Shown here piece by piece: positions 1 to 9,119 of a stretch of 64,000 nt of DNA. Under the pieces are notes generated by a model. The model made no database searches and was not told the DNA's origin. It saw only the letters and a list, made by a program, of their open reading frames with translations. The stretch is taken from the IMG/VR virus record IMGVR_UViG_3300005805_000059, positions 26,047-90,046 of that record; one strand, written 5' to 3'. Position numbers and translations under genes: made by a program. Source of the DNA: a virus. Lineage: Duplodnaviria; Caudoviricetes. The stretch's first letter is position 1, and each line of letters opens with the position of its first letter.

Positions 1-589
1 CCTTGTCAAATCTTACGGCTTTTGTCCAATTATTTAATGCCCAATGTCCAATACCACAGGCATCTGCAATGTCATTATCAGTAACTACTTTATCATAGTA
101 AACTTCTACAAGTTTAATTGTTCTTTCTTTTCTTACATTACGCTCGTATGTTTTATACCACGAATTTGATTTGCCAGGATGTTGCTTTCTAATTTCTAGT
201 TGCTCATCCTTGCTTAACTTCTTGTTACCAAGATAATTCTGCCAAGTGATTGGAGATACCCTGCCAATTTCTACAATACCTGCAATACCTGCAGCACCTA
301 TGATAGCCCCTTGAACCAATGCAAGATCGGCAGCAGTCTTAGGACTATTCATAAATACTGTGTGTTCTATAATTAAAGAGTGTGTATCTGAAAAGGTGGG
401 GTGTCTAAAGAATGCCGATATCTTCTTAGATGCATCAATACACTTCTCATATATAGTGTCGCCAAGAAAGACTATCTTTCCAGTAAACACAATCTTGTCT
501 GAATCAAACAAAGCAAATGCAAGATTATTAGTACTAGCATCAACAGATATAAACTTTGTAGGTTTATTCGTCAGTGGTATTTTTGCCAT
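1..589 (-). CDS. ruvC: RuvC-like Holliday junction resolvase (runs off window edge; not in ORF track)
   Basis: Manual translation MAKIPLTNKPTKFISVDASTNNLAFA...IIEHTVF...NDIADACGIGHW shows the RuvC acidic motifs (D in strand 1, E, DxxD). Confidence 0.75.
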   Translation of the reverse strand, partial: MAKIPLTNKPTKFISVDASTNNLAFALFDSDKIVFTGKIVFLGDTIYEKCIDASKKISAFFRHPTFSDTHSLIIEHTVFMNSPKTAADLALVQGAIIGAAGIAGIVEIGRVSPITWQNYLGNKKLSKDEQLEIRKQHPGKSNSWYKTYERNVRKERTIKLVEVYYDKVVTDNDIADACGIGHWALNNWTKAVRFDK

Positions 590-863
590 TCATAAATCCT
601 TTCAGTTGTTTCATTTGTTTATCTAATTCTTTTTTATTGATGTTACAAGCATTACACAGAACATCATCATTATAGATAGATAGTTTCTTACCACAGCCAC
701 CTGCACAAATTTTTGGTTTAGAAAGTCTTTTCCTTCTTTGATTAGCGACATATCTTTCTGCAATCTTTATCTTAGTTGCTTCTGTCCTACACTCAGGACT
801 GCAATATACCTGATATGTTACTTTAGGTTGAAATGTATTGTCACACCACTCACAAGGCTTCAC
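564..863 (-). CDS. Zinc-finger hypothetical protein
   Basis: CEWC..YCSPEC and CAGGC..CNAC cysteine pairs; overlaps neighbours. Confidence 0.6.
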   Translation of the reverse strand: MKPCEWCDNTFQPKVTYQVYCSPECRTEATKIKIAERYVANQRRKRLSKPKICAGGCGKKLSIYNDDVLCNACNINKKELDKQMKQLKGFMNGKNTTDE

Positions 864-1635
864 TTAAATCCTCCAGGGACTTGATAGTAATCTGCCCTGC
901 TCCTGCTAATTCACAAGTTTTTGAAATAGGACAAGTCTTACAGATCTTTGAGTTAGACCTATAATTTTTCTTAGGTAACTTTTTATCTACCCAAGCCTTT
1001 CGTACTTCTCTCATCCACTCTAGTGAATTATCTACCCATTTAACATACTCTGCCTTTACTTCTACTGGATACAAAAATAACTCGTGAGTATTTTTGTTTT
1101 CATAAATAAGGACACCCTTTTCCCTATTTAATAACTTCATGTATAGAAGTAGTTGCTTTAGATGATCTTTCTTTGGTGTATTAGTCTTCTTACGATACTC
1201 AAATGCTTCCATGTTAGAAGTTTTAATTTCACCAACGATTACTTCACCTTCCCATTTAATGAGAACATCTCCGAAACCAAAGATTGGTGGATCATCACAA
1301 ACAATTTTGAATTCTTTATCAATAAGAATTCCAGAACCTTCAATAGCCTTTTCAATACGAGTATGTGATAGTGTTCCACTGCTCATATTTGCTGCACCAT
1401 ATGGATCTGTATTATCTTCAAAGTCTGCACCTTCAAATGCAAGATACCAATATCTTGGACATTCTCCGTGACTATAAACAATTGTTGATGGTGCAAATGT
1501 TTTCTTTGTCGTAAACTTTGTTCCTCTATCAGCAAGATAACCTGATTCAATCTTTTCGATAAGAGCCTTTGTATCTAAAGAACTCTTTTTCTCAGCAGGT
1601 TTCATCATAACTTGCTGTAATAAACTTTTTGCCAT
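850..1635 (-). CDS. Cas4-like PD-(D/E)XK exonuclease with 4-Cys Fe-S staple
   Basis: N-terminal ECPRY, central GFGD..GEIKT, QLLLY motif, C-terminal CKTCPISKTC. Confidence 0.8.
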   Translation of the reverse strand: MAKSLLQQVMMKPAEKKSSLDTKALIEKIESGYLADRGTKFTTKKTFAPSTIVYSHGECPRYWYLAFEGADFEDNTDPYGAANMSSGTLSHTRIEKAIEGSGILIDKEFKIVCDDPPIFGFGDVLIKWEGEVIVGEIKTSNMEAFEYRKKTNTPKKDHLKQLLLYMKLLNREKGVLIYENKNTHELFLYPVEVKAEYVKWVDNSLEWMREVRKAWVDKKLPKKNYRSNSKICKTCPISKTCELAGAGQITIKSLEDLSEAL

Positions 1636-1667
1636 TTTAGACCTTTCGTATCATACTATTATACCAT

Positions 1668-1970
1668 CTATCGCATGATATATTTGAGTGCAGCAACTAA
1701 ATTGTTGACTGCTTCTGCTGCAGTATAATAAATATTCTTCTTAGATCTATTTGATTTATCAACATTAGCATACCAAGTTGCCATAAAAGCCATCTTAGAA
1801 GCGATAGCCTGTAGCCTTACAATTTCAAGACTAGCAACATGAGGTGGAATATCTGGCTTAACTATAAGTTTAGCAATCATAGTCAATGCTGTTGTAAGTT
1901 CTTCATCTTCCATAAACTCAGCAATCTCAGCCAAACCATTTATTTGTTCAAGTGTTGTTTTGTCTTCCAT
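1668..1970 (-). CDS. Hypothetical helical protein
   Basis: 100-aa ORF, abutting neighbours in operon. Confidence 0.6.
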   Translation of the reverse strand: MEDKTTLEQINGLAEIAEFMEDEELTTALTMIAKLIVKPDIPPHVASLEIVRLQAIASKMAFMATWYANVDKSNRSKKNIYYTAAEAVNNLVAALKYIMR

Positions 1971-2260
1971 TATTCTTCCTCCATTAGTTGTTCAAGCAAT
2001 GCTAATTCTACAACTGCAAGTCGAACCTTTTTATTACCCTCTCCAATTACCACAATAATTGCTGGAGACTTATCCTTACCTGCTTTGATAGCATCAGTAG
2101 TAGCCTTAGCCCACACATCTTGATTAAGTGTAAATGACTTTGATACTTCTTTGAAGTCAACAACAAACAATTCCCAAGTCGCATCACCTTTTACAGTACC
2201 ACGACCAGAATTTTTATGTTGTCTAGCCCCTATTCTCTTGCTCTCGCTCTTCTCGCTCAT
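1970..2260 (-). CDS. Small PD-(D/E)XK nuclease, Hjc-type resolvase-like
   Basis: NSGRG..KGD..VDFKE..SFTL pattern; 96 aa. Confidence 0.55.
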   Translation of the reverse strand: MSEKSESKRIGARQHKNSGRGTVKGDATWELFVVDFKEVSKSFTLNQDVWAKATTDAIKAGKDKSPAIIVVIGEGNKKVRLAVVELALLEQLMEEE

Positions 2261-2429
2261 AATCTCTCTTTGTCTTTTTTATAGGTGTCAACTGCACCTC
2301 TGATATGTGTCCTTGTTTACATCTCCAAGATGAAAGACCAGACTCTTTCCATACACGCATTGACCCAACATTTTCTTTACAAGTCTTGCAAGGAAAAATT
2401 CCTGGGTATACAGAATATGATTTAGACAC
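2223..2429 (-). CDS. Zinc-ribbon hypothetical protein
   Basis: CKTC...CKQGH. Confidence 0.5.
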   Translation of the reverse strand: MSKSYSVYPGIFPCKTCKENVGSMRVWKESGLSSWRCKQGHISEVQLTPIKKTKRDYEREEREQENRG

Positions 2430-3429
2430 TTAGTACCTTTGCCTTAATCTGATCTTGTAGGTCAAGGTCTTCTCTTACACGAGCAACAAATGCATCTCTA
2501 CCCTGAACCTTTGTGCCATCATCTAATTGATACCAAGCACCTGTTCTAGTAACGATACCAAGCATTTCTGCTGTATCTACAAGATCACCAATCTCATCTA
2601 CACCTACATCATTACCTCTAAAGTAAAAGTCATACTCTCCACTTTGGAATGCTGGAGATGTCTTTGAGAACTGTAATTCCCAACGAACCTTACGACCAAT
2701 CTTTTCTTCAATTAGTTTATCACCAACTGCAATCTTGCCTTTTAGTGCTTGGTTGTCAGACTCAGAGGAGAACAACTTAATAATACTTGACGAGTAGAAC
2801 TTGGTTGCTTGTCCACCTGATGGTTGCTGACTTGTATACATAGCACTGATATTATTTCGTGACTGACTAATTAAAATAATCAATGTTGGCTTTACTTTAT
2901 TATTTGCATAATTAAGCATCTTCCAAGCATTACTAAAGTCACGAGACTCTGCACCAATCTGTTTAGTGTTCTCTAATTCCTTTAGTTCGTCTGTACCCTT
3001 CTCAAAATAAATAGCAGGTAATAGTGATGTGATCGAATCAACCACAATAATATCTACACCAGCATTAAGAAGATTAGTGCCAACATCAACCATATCGTTA
3101 ATAGTGCGAGCCTCAGAATAAATTAACTTATCTGTGTCTACACCAAGACGAGTAGCCCAATCAGCAGAGAAAGACATCTCAGCATCAATCCAAGCACATA
3201 CTTTGCCTTCTTTCTGAGCCAATCCAATAGTCTGGAGACACAAGGATGATTTAGCACTAGACTTACTACCCCAAATCAATACTTGCCTTCCATATGGCAA
3301 TCCACCATTCATAGCCCTATTAAGACCATAACTAGGTGTTGGCTGATATTCCACATGAATACCAGTTCCTGTTCCAAGACGCTTACGAATCTTTGGGTCT
3401 AACTGTGCTAATACATCATCTACTGACAT
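2422..3429 (-). CDS. recA: RecA/UvsX-like recombinase
   Basis: GGLPYGRQVLIWGSKSSAKS (Walker A), CAWIDAE, IIVVDS (Walker B), GGQATKFYSS, GAWY; start moved to MSVDD at 3429. Confidence 0.92.
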   Translation of the reverse strand: MSVDDVLAQLDPKIRKRLGTGTGIHVEYQPTPSYGLNRAMNGGLPYGRQVLIWGSKSSAKSSLCLQTIGLAQKEGKVCAWIDAEMSFSADWATRLGVDTDKLIYSEARTINDMVDVGTNLLNAGVDIIVVDSITSLLPAIYFEKGTDELKELENTKQIGAESRDFSNAWKMLNYANNKVKPTLIILISQSRNNISAMYTSQQPSGGQATKFYSSSIIKLFSSESDNQALKGKIAVGDKLIEEKIGRKVRWELQFSKTSPAFQSGEYDFYFRGNDVGVDEIGDLVDTAEMLGIVTRTGAWYQLDDGTKVQGRDAFVARVREDLDLQDQIKAKVLSV

Positions 3430-3431
3430 TG

Positions 3432-3635
3432 TCAATTTTCTATCCAACCTTTCACTATTGCTGCATCCTCTTCGTGTGTACAATCACTGTAACAACAAGG
3501 AGTTGTATTATCGTTTGGCGTATGCCATTTCAAAATATCTTGTGCAATCTTTGCTCTAACTTTTTGTACAACCTTGTGAGTGCCATTGCAATCACCATCT
3601 GGATCAGTTGTAAATCCACAACCACACTTAGCCAT
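3432..3635 (-). CDS. CDGSH-like iron-sulfur microprotein
   Basis: CGCGFTTDPDGDCNGTH resembles the CDGSH 3Cys-1His motif. Confidence 0.5.
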   Translation of the reverse strand: MAKCGCGFTTDPDGDCNGTHKVVQKVRAKIAQDILKWHTPNDNTTPCCYSDCTHEEDAAIVKGWIEN

Positions 3636-3952
3636 TAGAATCGTACTCCGTGTTTCTCTGGTCGCTCTGTATTCTTTTGCATTTTATTAATGACAGCCCA
3701 ATCTAAAGATATTGAAGTATATTTGTTTTCTACTAATCCTGCATACAAATCAAGTACACGGATAATAATATCTGCAAACTCAAAGGCTATCTCTTCTTCG
3801 CCCTTTTCTTTTCTAATCGCTTCCATTGCTTCTACAACTTCTGACACAATCATCATCAACTGTTTAGCAATAAAAATATCATCAACTTCTTCGTGCCAGA
3901 AACCTTTTTCTGTAGCAATGGCATGAACTTGTTCTGCTAACTCATCAAACAT
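3635..3952 (-). CDS. mazG: MazG-like nucleotide pyrophosphohydrolase
   Basis: SEVVEAME and EIAFEFADIIIRVLD acidic helices. Confidence 0.8.
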   Translation of the reverse strand: MFDELAEQVHAIATEKGFWHEEVDDIFIAKQLMMIVSEVVEAMEAIRKEKGEEEIAFEFADIIIRVLDLYAGLVENKYTSISLDWAVINKMQKNTERPEKHGVRF

Positions 3953-6900
3953 TTTCTATATCCTCCAATATCGGTGTTCCATCTTTAGTCTTACCAAAGA
4001 CAAACTTATAAACATTTCCCTCTTTAATATGCATATACGCTTTAGCAAAAGCAGTTGGGAATACTGTGATAGAGTGTAATTCTCTACCAGCATCTGCTAC
4101 TGTAAGCGAAGCCATTTTCTTACCTGTCTTAGTGACTCGTGGCTTAAACGAGACTACATAATGCTCACCTTCTTTGTATGGCAACATCTTGTAGTTCAGG
4201 AATTTAACTAATGCTTCTTTAGATTCTTTGACTTCATCAACAGGAATATAAGAAACAATTCTATTATCTGATGCAAGAATAATATATGTTCTACCAGACT
4301 CAATCTGTGTATTCTCTTCATCAAAGATACCGATAGATCCTGTCTTGTCTAGAACTTCCACTCTTGACCAACCCTTTGCCCTCTTAATCGATTTTACCAT
4401 ACCCATTACGATAAATGCACCTTTCTCTTCATACTCATCAATATCATTGATGTATGCGTGATAGTGTTGTGGTACGGTCATATTGAACTCAGGCAAATTA
4501 AGATATTCATATAGATTTTCTTTTACCTTATCCTGATTGAGAGGATTGTCGGGGAACGATAATGCACCAATTGCATTCATTGCTTGCAATGCACGACTAT
4601 TCACTCCATTACCCTTTGTAAAAGTAAACTCTTCTACTTCTTTGTAAGACTTAAATGGTCGTCCAGCAATGTATCGCTCTGCAATCTTGTCTGAAATATA
4701 TTTAATTGCAGAGAGACCGAATCGAATACCCTTGCCCTCAATCTTAAAATCAATATCTGATTCATTGATATGTGGCAACTTGATTGCAATGCCCATACGC
4801 TTTGCTTCAATAAGATACTCTGTGCGAGCATCCTTATCCTTTTCATTCTTTAGGATTGAATACATAAACTCAAGTGGGTAGTAATACTTCAACCAAGCAG
4901 TCCAATAGGATAGAGTTGAGTATGCTACTGCGTGAGACTTATTGAATGAATACCCTGCGTGTGCTTCAAAGTCGTGCCATAGATCATTAGCCTGACCTGG
5001 CAAGATGTGTTCTGATGCACCCTTTACGAATCTATCTCTAAACTCATTAAATTCTTTTGCATCTTTCTTCTTACCAATAATCTTACGAACCTTGTCTGCT
5101 TCTGCCATTGACATACCACCAAGTTTTACGCAAGCAAGCATAACTTGTTCTTGGTATAAAACTAGACCATAGGTTTCTTCTGTGAACTCTTTAATAATTG
5201 GATGTAAGTAACTAATCTTTGATCGTCCGTGTTTACGGTCAAGATAAAGTTTACCAATGGTATTCATAGCACCAGGACGAACGAGTGCATTAGAAGCAGC
5301 AAGTTCATCAAGATTCTTTACACCCATCTTTACAAGAAGGTTTGTGTATGGTGTGGCTTCACATTGGAACACACCTTTTGTGTATCCGTCTGACAACATC
5401 TGATAAACATTTGCATCGTCCATCTTGATGTCAAGCAAGTTAATCTTTTTACCTTCTCGCTTTTCAATAATATCTACGGTGTCTTTGATGACTGATAAGG
5501 TTTTGAGTCCAAGAGCATCAATTTTGATGAGTCCGATTTGTGCAGCCTCTTCCATATCAACCGCCACAACAGGTATACGCTCATCGCTACCAGTAGAAGA
5601 CCGTGTTTCCAACGGTGCGTATTTAAAAATAGGATCTTTAGAAGTAACAACGCCAGCAGCGTGTATGCCAGTACCTCTAATACGACCACGAAGTTGTTCT
5701 CCATATTTCTCCACTTCAGGGTATTTATCTCTAAACCATTGAGCATTCTTTGATGTGCAATACTCATCCCAAGTATCTACACTCTTCAAGACTTTATTTA
5801 CATCTGGAAGTGGAATATTCAATGCACGACTAACATCTCGCACTACACCCTTATCCTTAAACTGTAGGAAGGTAGCAATAGATGCAACATTCTTATATTC
5901 TTTTACAAGATAATCTTTTACTTCATCTCTGCGTGAGTCCTGAATATCTGAATCAATATCAGGGAAGTCATTACGCTCTGGATTAATAAATCGGAAGAAT
6001 AGCAATCCGTGTTCAATAGGATCAATATCTGTAATACCAAGTGCATAGCAAAGCAAAGACCCTGCAGACGAACCACGACCTGGACCGACCATAATGTCAT
6101 TTTCCTTAGCCCAGTTCAACATATTACGAACAACCAAGAAGTAAGCCCCGAAGTTTTTATCTTTAATGATTTCTAGTTCTTCTTTGAGCCTGTCCTCATA
6201 GACAGTATCACCAGTGTGCTTACTTGTAAGTTTGCGTTGTTCTAAACCATCAATTGCTAACTTGTGCAATTGTGCTTGTGGATCATCATATTGAACAGGT
6301 AGTAAGTCAAGGTTTTCCTTGATATCATACTGCTCAATCTTATCTGCAATCTCAAGCGTAGACTCAAACATATCTTGTCTGTCGAATCCTTGCTTTGCCA
6401 TAGCCTCTTTCATTTGCTCGTATGACAATAGATGAATATCAAATCGATTAAACGACATCATTCTATCTTTGCCATACAAGTAGTCTAGGCGTTCCATCAT
6501 ATCTTCATACTTCTTAGACTTCTCAAATGTCACACCCTTTTCTAGTTTAGCGTGAGTGTTGAGAATAAGCATCATCTCTTGGATTACTTTTTGATCTACA
6601 TCAGAATGATGACAATCAGGAGTAACTACAGGTTTAACACCAAATGCGTCTGCTAGTTCAAGAATACCCCTGTTTACTTCTGGTGGATTATGTGGCATAA
6701 CTTCCAAATAATAATCATCACCAAATACATCCTTGAACCAACTAATCTTTTCTTTGGCTACTGCTAGTTCGCCTAGTTCTACAGCCTTTGCTACCCAACC
6801 ACTTAAACAAGCAGAAGTAACAATAAGACCTTCGCTATACTTTTCTAATACCTCAAAATCAAATCGTGGCTTAGAAAAGAAACCTTCTGTCCAAGCAATC

Positions 6901-7232
6901 TCATTAATCTTGTTGAGATTTTCTAGACCTGCCTGGTTCTTGGCTAGAAGAATTATATGATGATAGTTTTGATCTAATGGGTCAGTGCGGTCTGCTTTCT
7001 GCCTATTATCAAACCTATTCGTGGTCATATAACCTTCTACACCAAGAATCGGCTTTATGCCAGCCTGTGTAGCAATTCTATGCATTTCTCTATGACCAGA
7101 TAAAGAACCGTGGTCAGTGATAGCCAATGCTGGCATACCAAGAGATAACGCTCTATCCACATATTCTTGTGGAGTAGCAACTCCATCCATAAGTGAATAA
7201 TGTGTGTGTACATGCAAGCCGACATAGTTCAT
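3945..7232 (-). CDS. dnaE: DNA polymerase III alpha subunit (family C)
   Basis: PHP HVHTHYS/TDHG/DCH, GPGRGSSAGS, PDIDSD, GYSFNKSHAVAYS, C-terminal OB-like region. Confidence 0.97.
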   Translation of the reverse strand: MNYVGLHVHTHYSLMDGVATPQEYVDRALSLGMPALAITDHGSLSGHREMHRIATQAGIKPILGVEGYMTTNRFDNRQKADRTDPLDQNYHHIILLAKNQAGLENLNKINEIAWTEGFFSKPRFDFEVLEKYSEGLIVTSACLSGWVAKAVELGELAVAKEKISWFKDVFGDDYYLEVMPHNPPEVNRGILELADAFGVKPVVTPDCHHSDVDQKVIQEMMLILNTHAKLEKGVTFEKSKKYEDMMERLDYLYGKDRMMSFNRFDIHLLSYEQMKEAMAKQGFDRQDMFESTLEIADKIEQYDIKENLDLLPVQYDDPQAQLHKLAIDGLEQRKLTSKHTGDTVYEDRLKEELEIIKDKNFGAYFLVVRNMLNWAKENDIMVGPGRGSSAGSLLCYALGITDIDPIEHGLLFFRFINPERNDFPDIDSDIQDSRRDEVKDYLVKEYKNVASIATFLQFKDKGVVRDVSRALNIPLPDVNKVLKSVDTWDEYCTSKNAQWFRDKYPEVEKYGEQLRGRIRGTGIHAAGVVTSKDPIFKYAPLETRSSTGSDERIPVVAVDMEEAAQIGLIKIDALGLKTLSVIKDTVDIIEKREGKKINLLDIKMDDANVYQMLSDGYTKGVFQCEATPYTNLLVKMGVKNLDELAASNALVRPGAMNTIGKLYLDRKHGRSKISYLHPIIKEFTEETYGLVLYQEQVMLACVKLGGMSMAEADKVRKIIGKKKDAKEFNEFRDRFVKGASEHILPGQANDLWHDFEAHAGYSFNKSHAVAYSTLSYWTAWLKYYYPLEFMYSILKNEKDKDARTEYLIEAKRMGIAIKLPHINESDIDFKIEGKGIRFGLSAIKYISDKIAERYIAGRPFKSYKEVEEFTFTKGNGVNSRALQAMNAIGALSFPDNPLNQDKVKENLYEYLNLPEFNMTVPQHYHAYINDIDEYEEKGAFIVMGMVKSIKRAKGWSRVEVLDKTGSIGIFDEENTQIESGRTYIILASDNRIVSYIPVDEVKESKEALVKFLNYKMLPYKEGEHYVVSFKPRVTKTGKKMASLTVADAGRELHSITVFPTAFAKAYMHIKEGNVYKFVFGKTKDGTPILEDIENV

Positions 7233-7239
7233 ACGGATC

Positions 7240-7887
7240 TTACCATTCCGTATTGGTGGTAGAAGCAGATGGAGTATCGAAGCCGAAATAAAACGCTTCT
7301 TGCTCAGTATAATCTACTTCACGAACTACCTTTTCAAGATTGAAAAGTTCTAGTTCTTCCCACTTGTATTCTGACTTGTCAGGTGTTGGAATCAAGGTAT
7401 AGTTAGTTTCTGTACCAAGTCCATTACGCTTAATCTTCCACTGAAGATTTGAGATGCTACCTGTTTCAAGTGCATATTCACGAATCGTGTTAAATGCTGA
7501 TTGCTTGCTCACACCTTGTGACCAAACTGCAACATATGGATCTTCCAAACCATCATCAACAAAAACATTGATGTAGAATCGAAGTCGTGCTCGCCAACCA
7601 CTCTTAGGTTCTTTGCGAGCCATTTCACAACCATAGCATCGACCTTGCGACTCCATTGTGCAAGCAGCCTTACGCTTATAGTCTTTTGGATTTGAATGTT
7701 CTGCAATCACAACTGCAAGACCACGAGACTCTGCATATGCTGGTGAGTCTGCATCTAATTCGTTAATGAATCGAACTTTTGCAGCCTGTCCGTCAGTTAA
7801 GTTTAACCAGCGAACTTTAGGTGCATTACTATCTTTTGGTTTATCAAGCAGGGCGTTTATATTTTTTAATCCCTTTACTACGCTCAT
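7240..7887 (-). CDS. Phage single-stranded DNA-binding protein (gp32-like)
   Basis: H/C metal cluster (EH..AAC..CYGC), RFYINV, position between primase and polymerase. Confidence 0.65.
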   Translation of the reverse strand: MSVVKGLKNINALLDKPKDSNAPKVRWLNLTDGQAAKVRFINELDADSPAYAESRGLAVVIAEHSNPKDYKRKAACTMESQGRCYGCEMARKEPKSGWRARLRFYINVFVDDGLEDPYVAVWSQGVSKQSAFNTIREYALETGSISNLQWKIKRNGLGTETNYTLIPTPDKSEYKWEELELFNLEKVVREVDYTEQEAFYFGFDTPSASTTNTEW

Positions 7888-7915
7888 ATTATTTTCCTAT
7901 CTTTTTGTGTATACA

Positions 7916-8860
7916 CTATTTTAGCATAGACGATATAGCATTGTCAAATCGAAACTCAATATTCCTGAGTTGGTCATTGTCCATATCACCTATATCCTTA
8001 TATTTCTTATCTAACTTAACAATTGAAAGTTTTCTTGAAAGTCGTTCTTGTAACTTAACAGACATACTTTCTCCTGCCTCATCATTATCTGCTATCAATA
8101 CAATATTATTAAAGTATTTATCTAACAGATCTGTTTGCACCCTTGACACATTGGAGCCAAGAGTTGCAACTGCTGCAAGTCCAACTTGATCTAATCGAAT
8201 AGCATCAAATGTAGACTCAACAACATATATTGTATTCTGATTCTTAACTCTATGCAAGTTGAACAGAATCTTAGATTTTGGAAGTCCTGGGGTATTCTTA
8301 AATTCTTTACCCTCTACAGACCTTCCAACAAAACCAATATCCATACCATCGGGAGACTGTACTGGAATAGTAACCATATCCTGATTTTCTGAATATCCTA
8401 AATTAAATTTATTAATTGATTGTACAGAAATCAAACGGCTTTCATAGTATCGTAATGCTCTAGGTGATTCTAGTGCTTGATTGTTTAGTCGCTTTAATAG
8501 TACCTCGTCAAATTGAACAAAGTCTGGCTTAACATATAAAGCCTTATTGACAATTTGTTCAATATTAGTTTTTCCTTCTTGGTTCTTAATAAATCGAACT
8601 GCCTCAAAGTATGATCGATTAGTTGTAAACATTACAAATTCAATTAAGGTTCTTACTTCGTGACAAGAGAAGCAGAAGAATGTGCCGTTCTCTTTTGATA
8701 TTTCTCCAGCAGGAGTTCTAGTATTATTGTGATAGGGGCAAAAAATTAGAAAGTCAGAATCTACTTCGCCCGCAATATCTATACCTGAGCCTTCGATGAC
8801 TCGTTTAATTTGCTGTTCTGTATATAAATTGGTTGATATCTGTCTATTCCTTGTATCCAT
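7916..8860 (-). CDS. dnaG: DNA primase (CHC2 zinc finger + Toprim)
   Basis: CPYH...CFSC, GRSV, VVESTFD, IADNDEAG. Confidence 0.9.
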   Translation of the reverse strand: MDTRNRQISTNLYTEQQIKRVIEGSGIDIAGEVDSDFLIFCPYHNNTRTPAGEISKENGTFFCFSCHEVRTLIEFVMFTTNRSYFEAVRFIKNQEGKTNIEQIVNKALYVKPDFVQFDEVLLKRLNNQALESPRALRYYESRLISVQSINKFNLGYSENQDMVTIPVQSPDGMDIGFVGRSVEGKEFKNTPGLPKSKILFNLHRVKNQNTIYVVESTFDAIRLDQVGLAAVATLGSNVSRVQTDLLDKYFNNIVLIADNDEAGESMSVKLQERLSRKLSIVKLDKKYKDIGDMDNDQLRNIEFRFDNAISSMLK

Positions 8861-9102
8861 TCGCTCTTTCTCTTTCCTACATACACTCCGTATACCGATA
8901 GGGTAAAACCAAATGTACTATTGCTTTCTATATATTCTATCGTAAAATCTGGGTCAATGTCAAATCTTGGTACATATCCATCGTGTTTCATTTCTAGTGT
9001 TAGTAAATTAATATATTCTTGTTTCATTCTTGGAATGAACCCATCATCATAGATTACCCCCTCAAGGAAGAACCTTTTAACTGGTTTATGATGATAGTTC
9101 AT
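8779..9102 (-). CDS. Hypothetical protein
   Basis: 107-aa ORF with extended -10 six nt upstream of ATG. Confidence 0.6.
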   Translation of the reverse strand: MNYHHKPVKRFFLEGVIYDDGFIPRMKQEYINLLTLEMKHDGYVPRFDIDPDFTIEYIESNSTFGFTLSVYGVYVGKRKSEWIQGIDRYQPIYIQNSKLNESSKAQV

Positions 9103-9119
9103 ACACCAATTATACCAAT

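Noticed and set aside
2422-3429. RecA Walker A reads GSKSSAKS rather than GxxSSGKT
   Set aside because: The Lys-Ser pair and all other RecA motifs are intact; no evidence of inactivation
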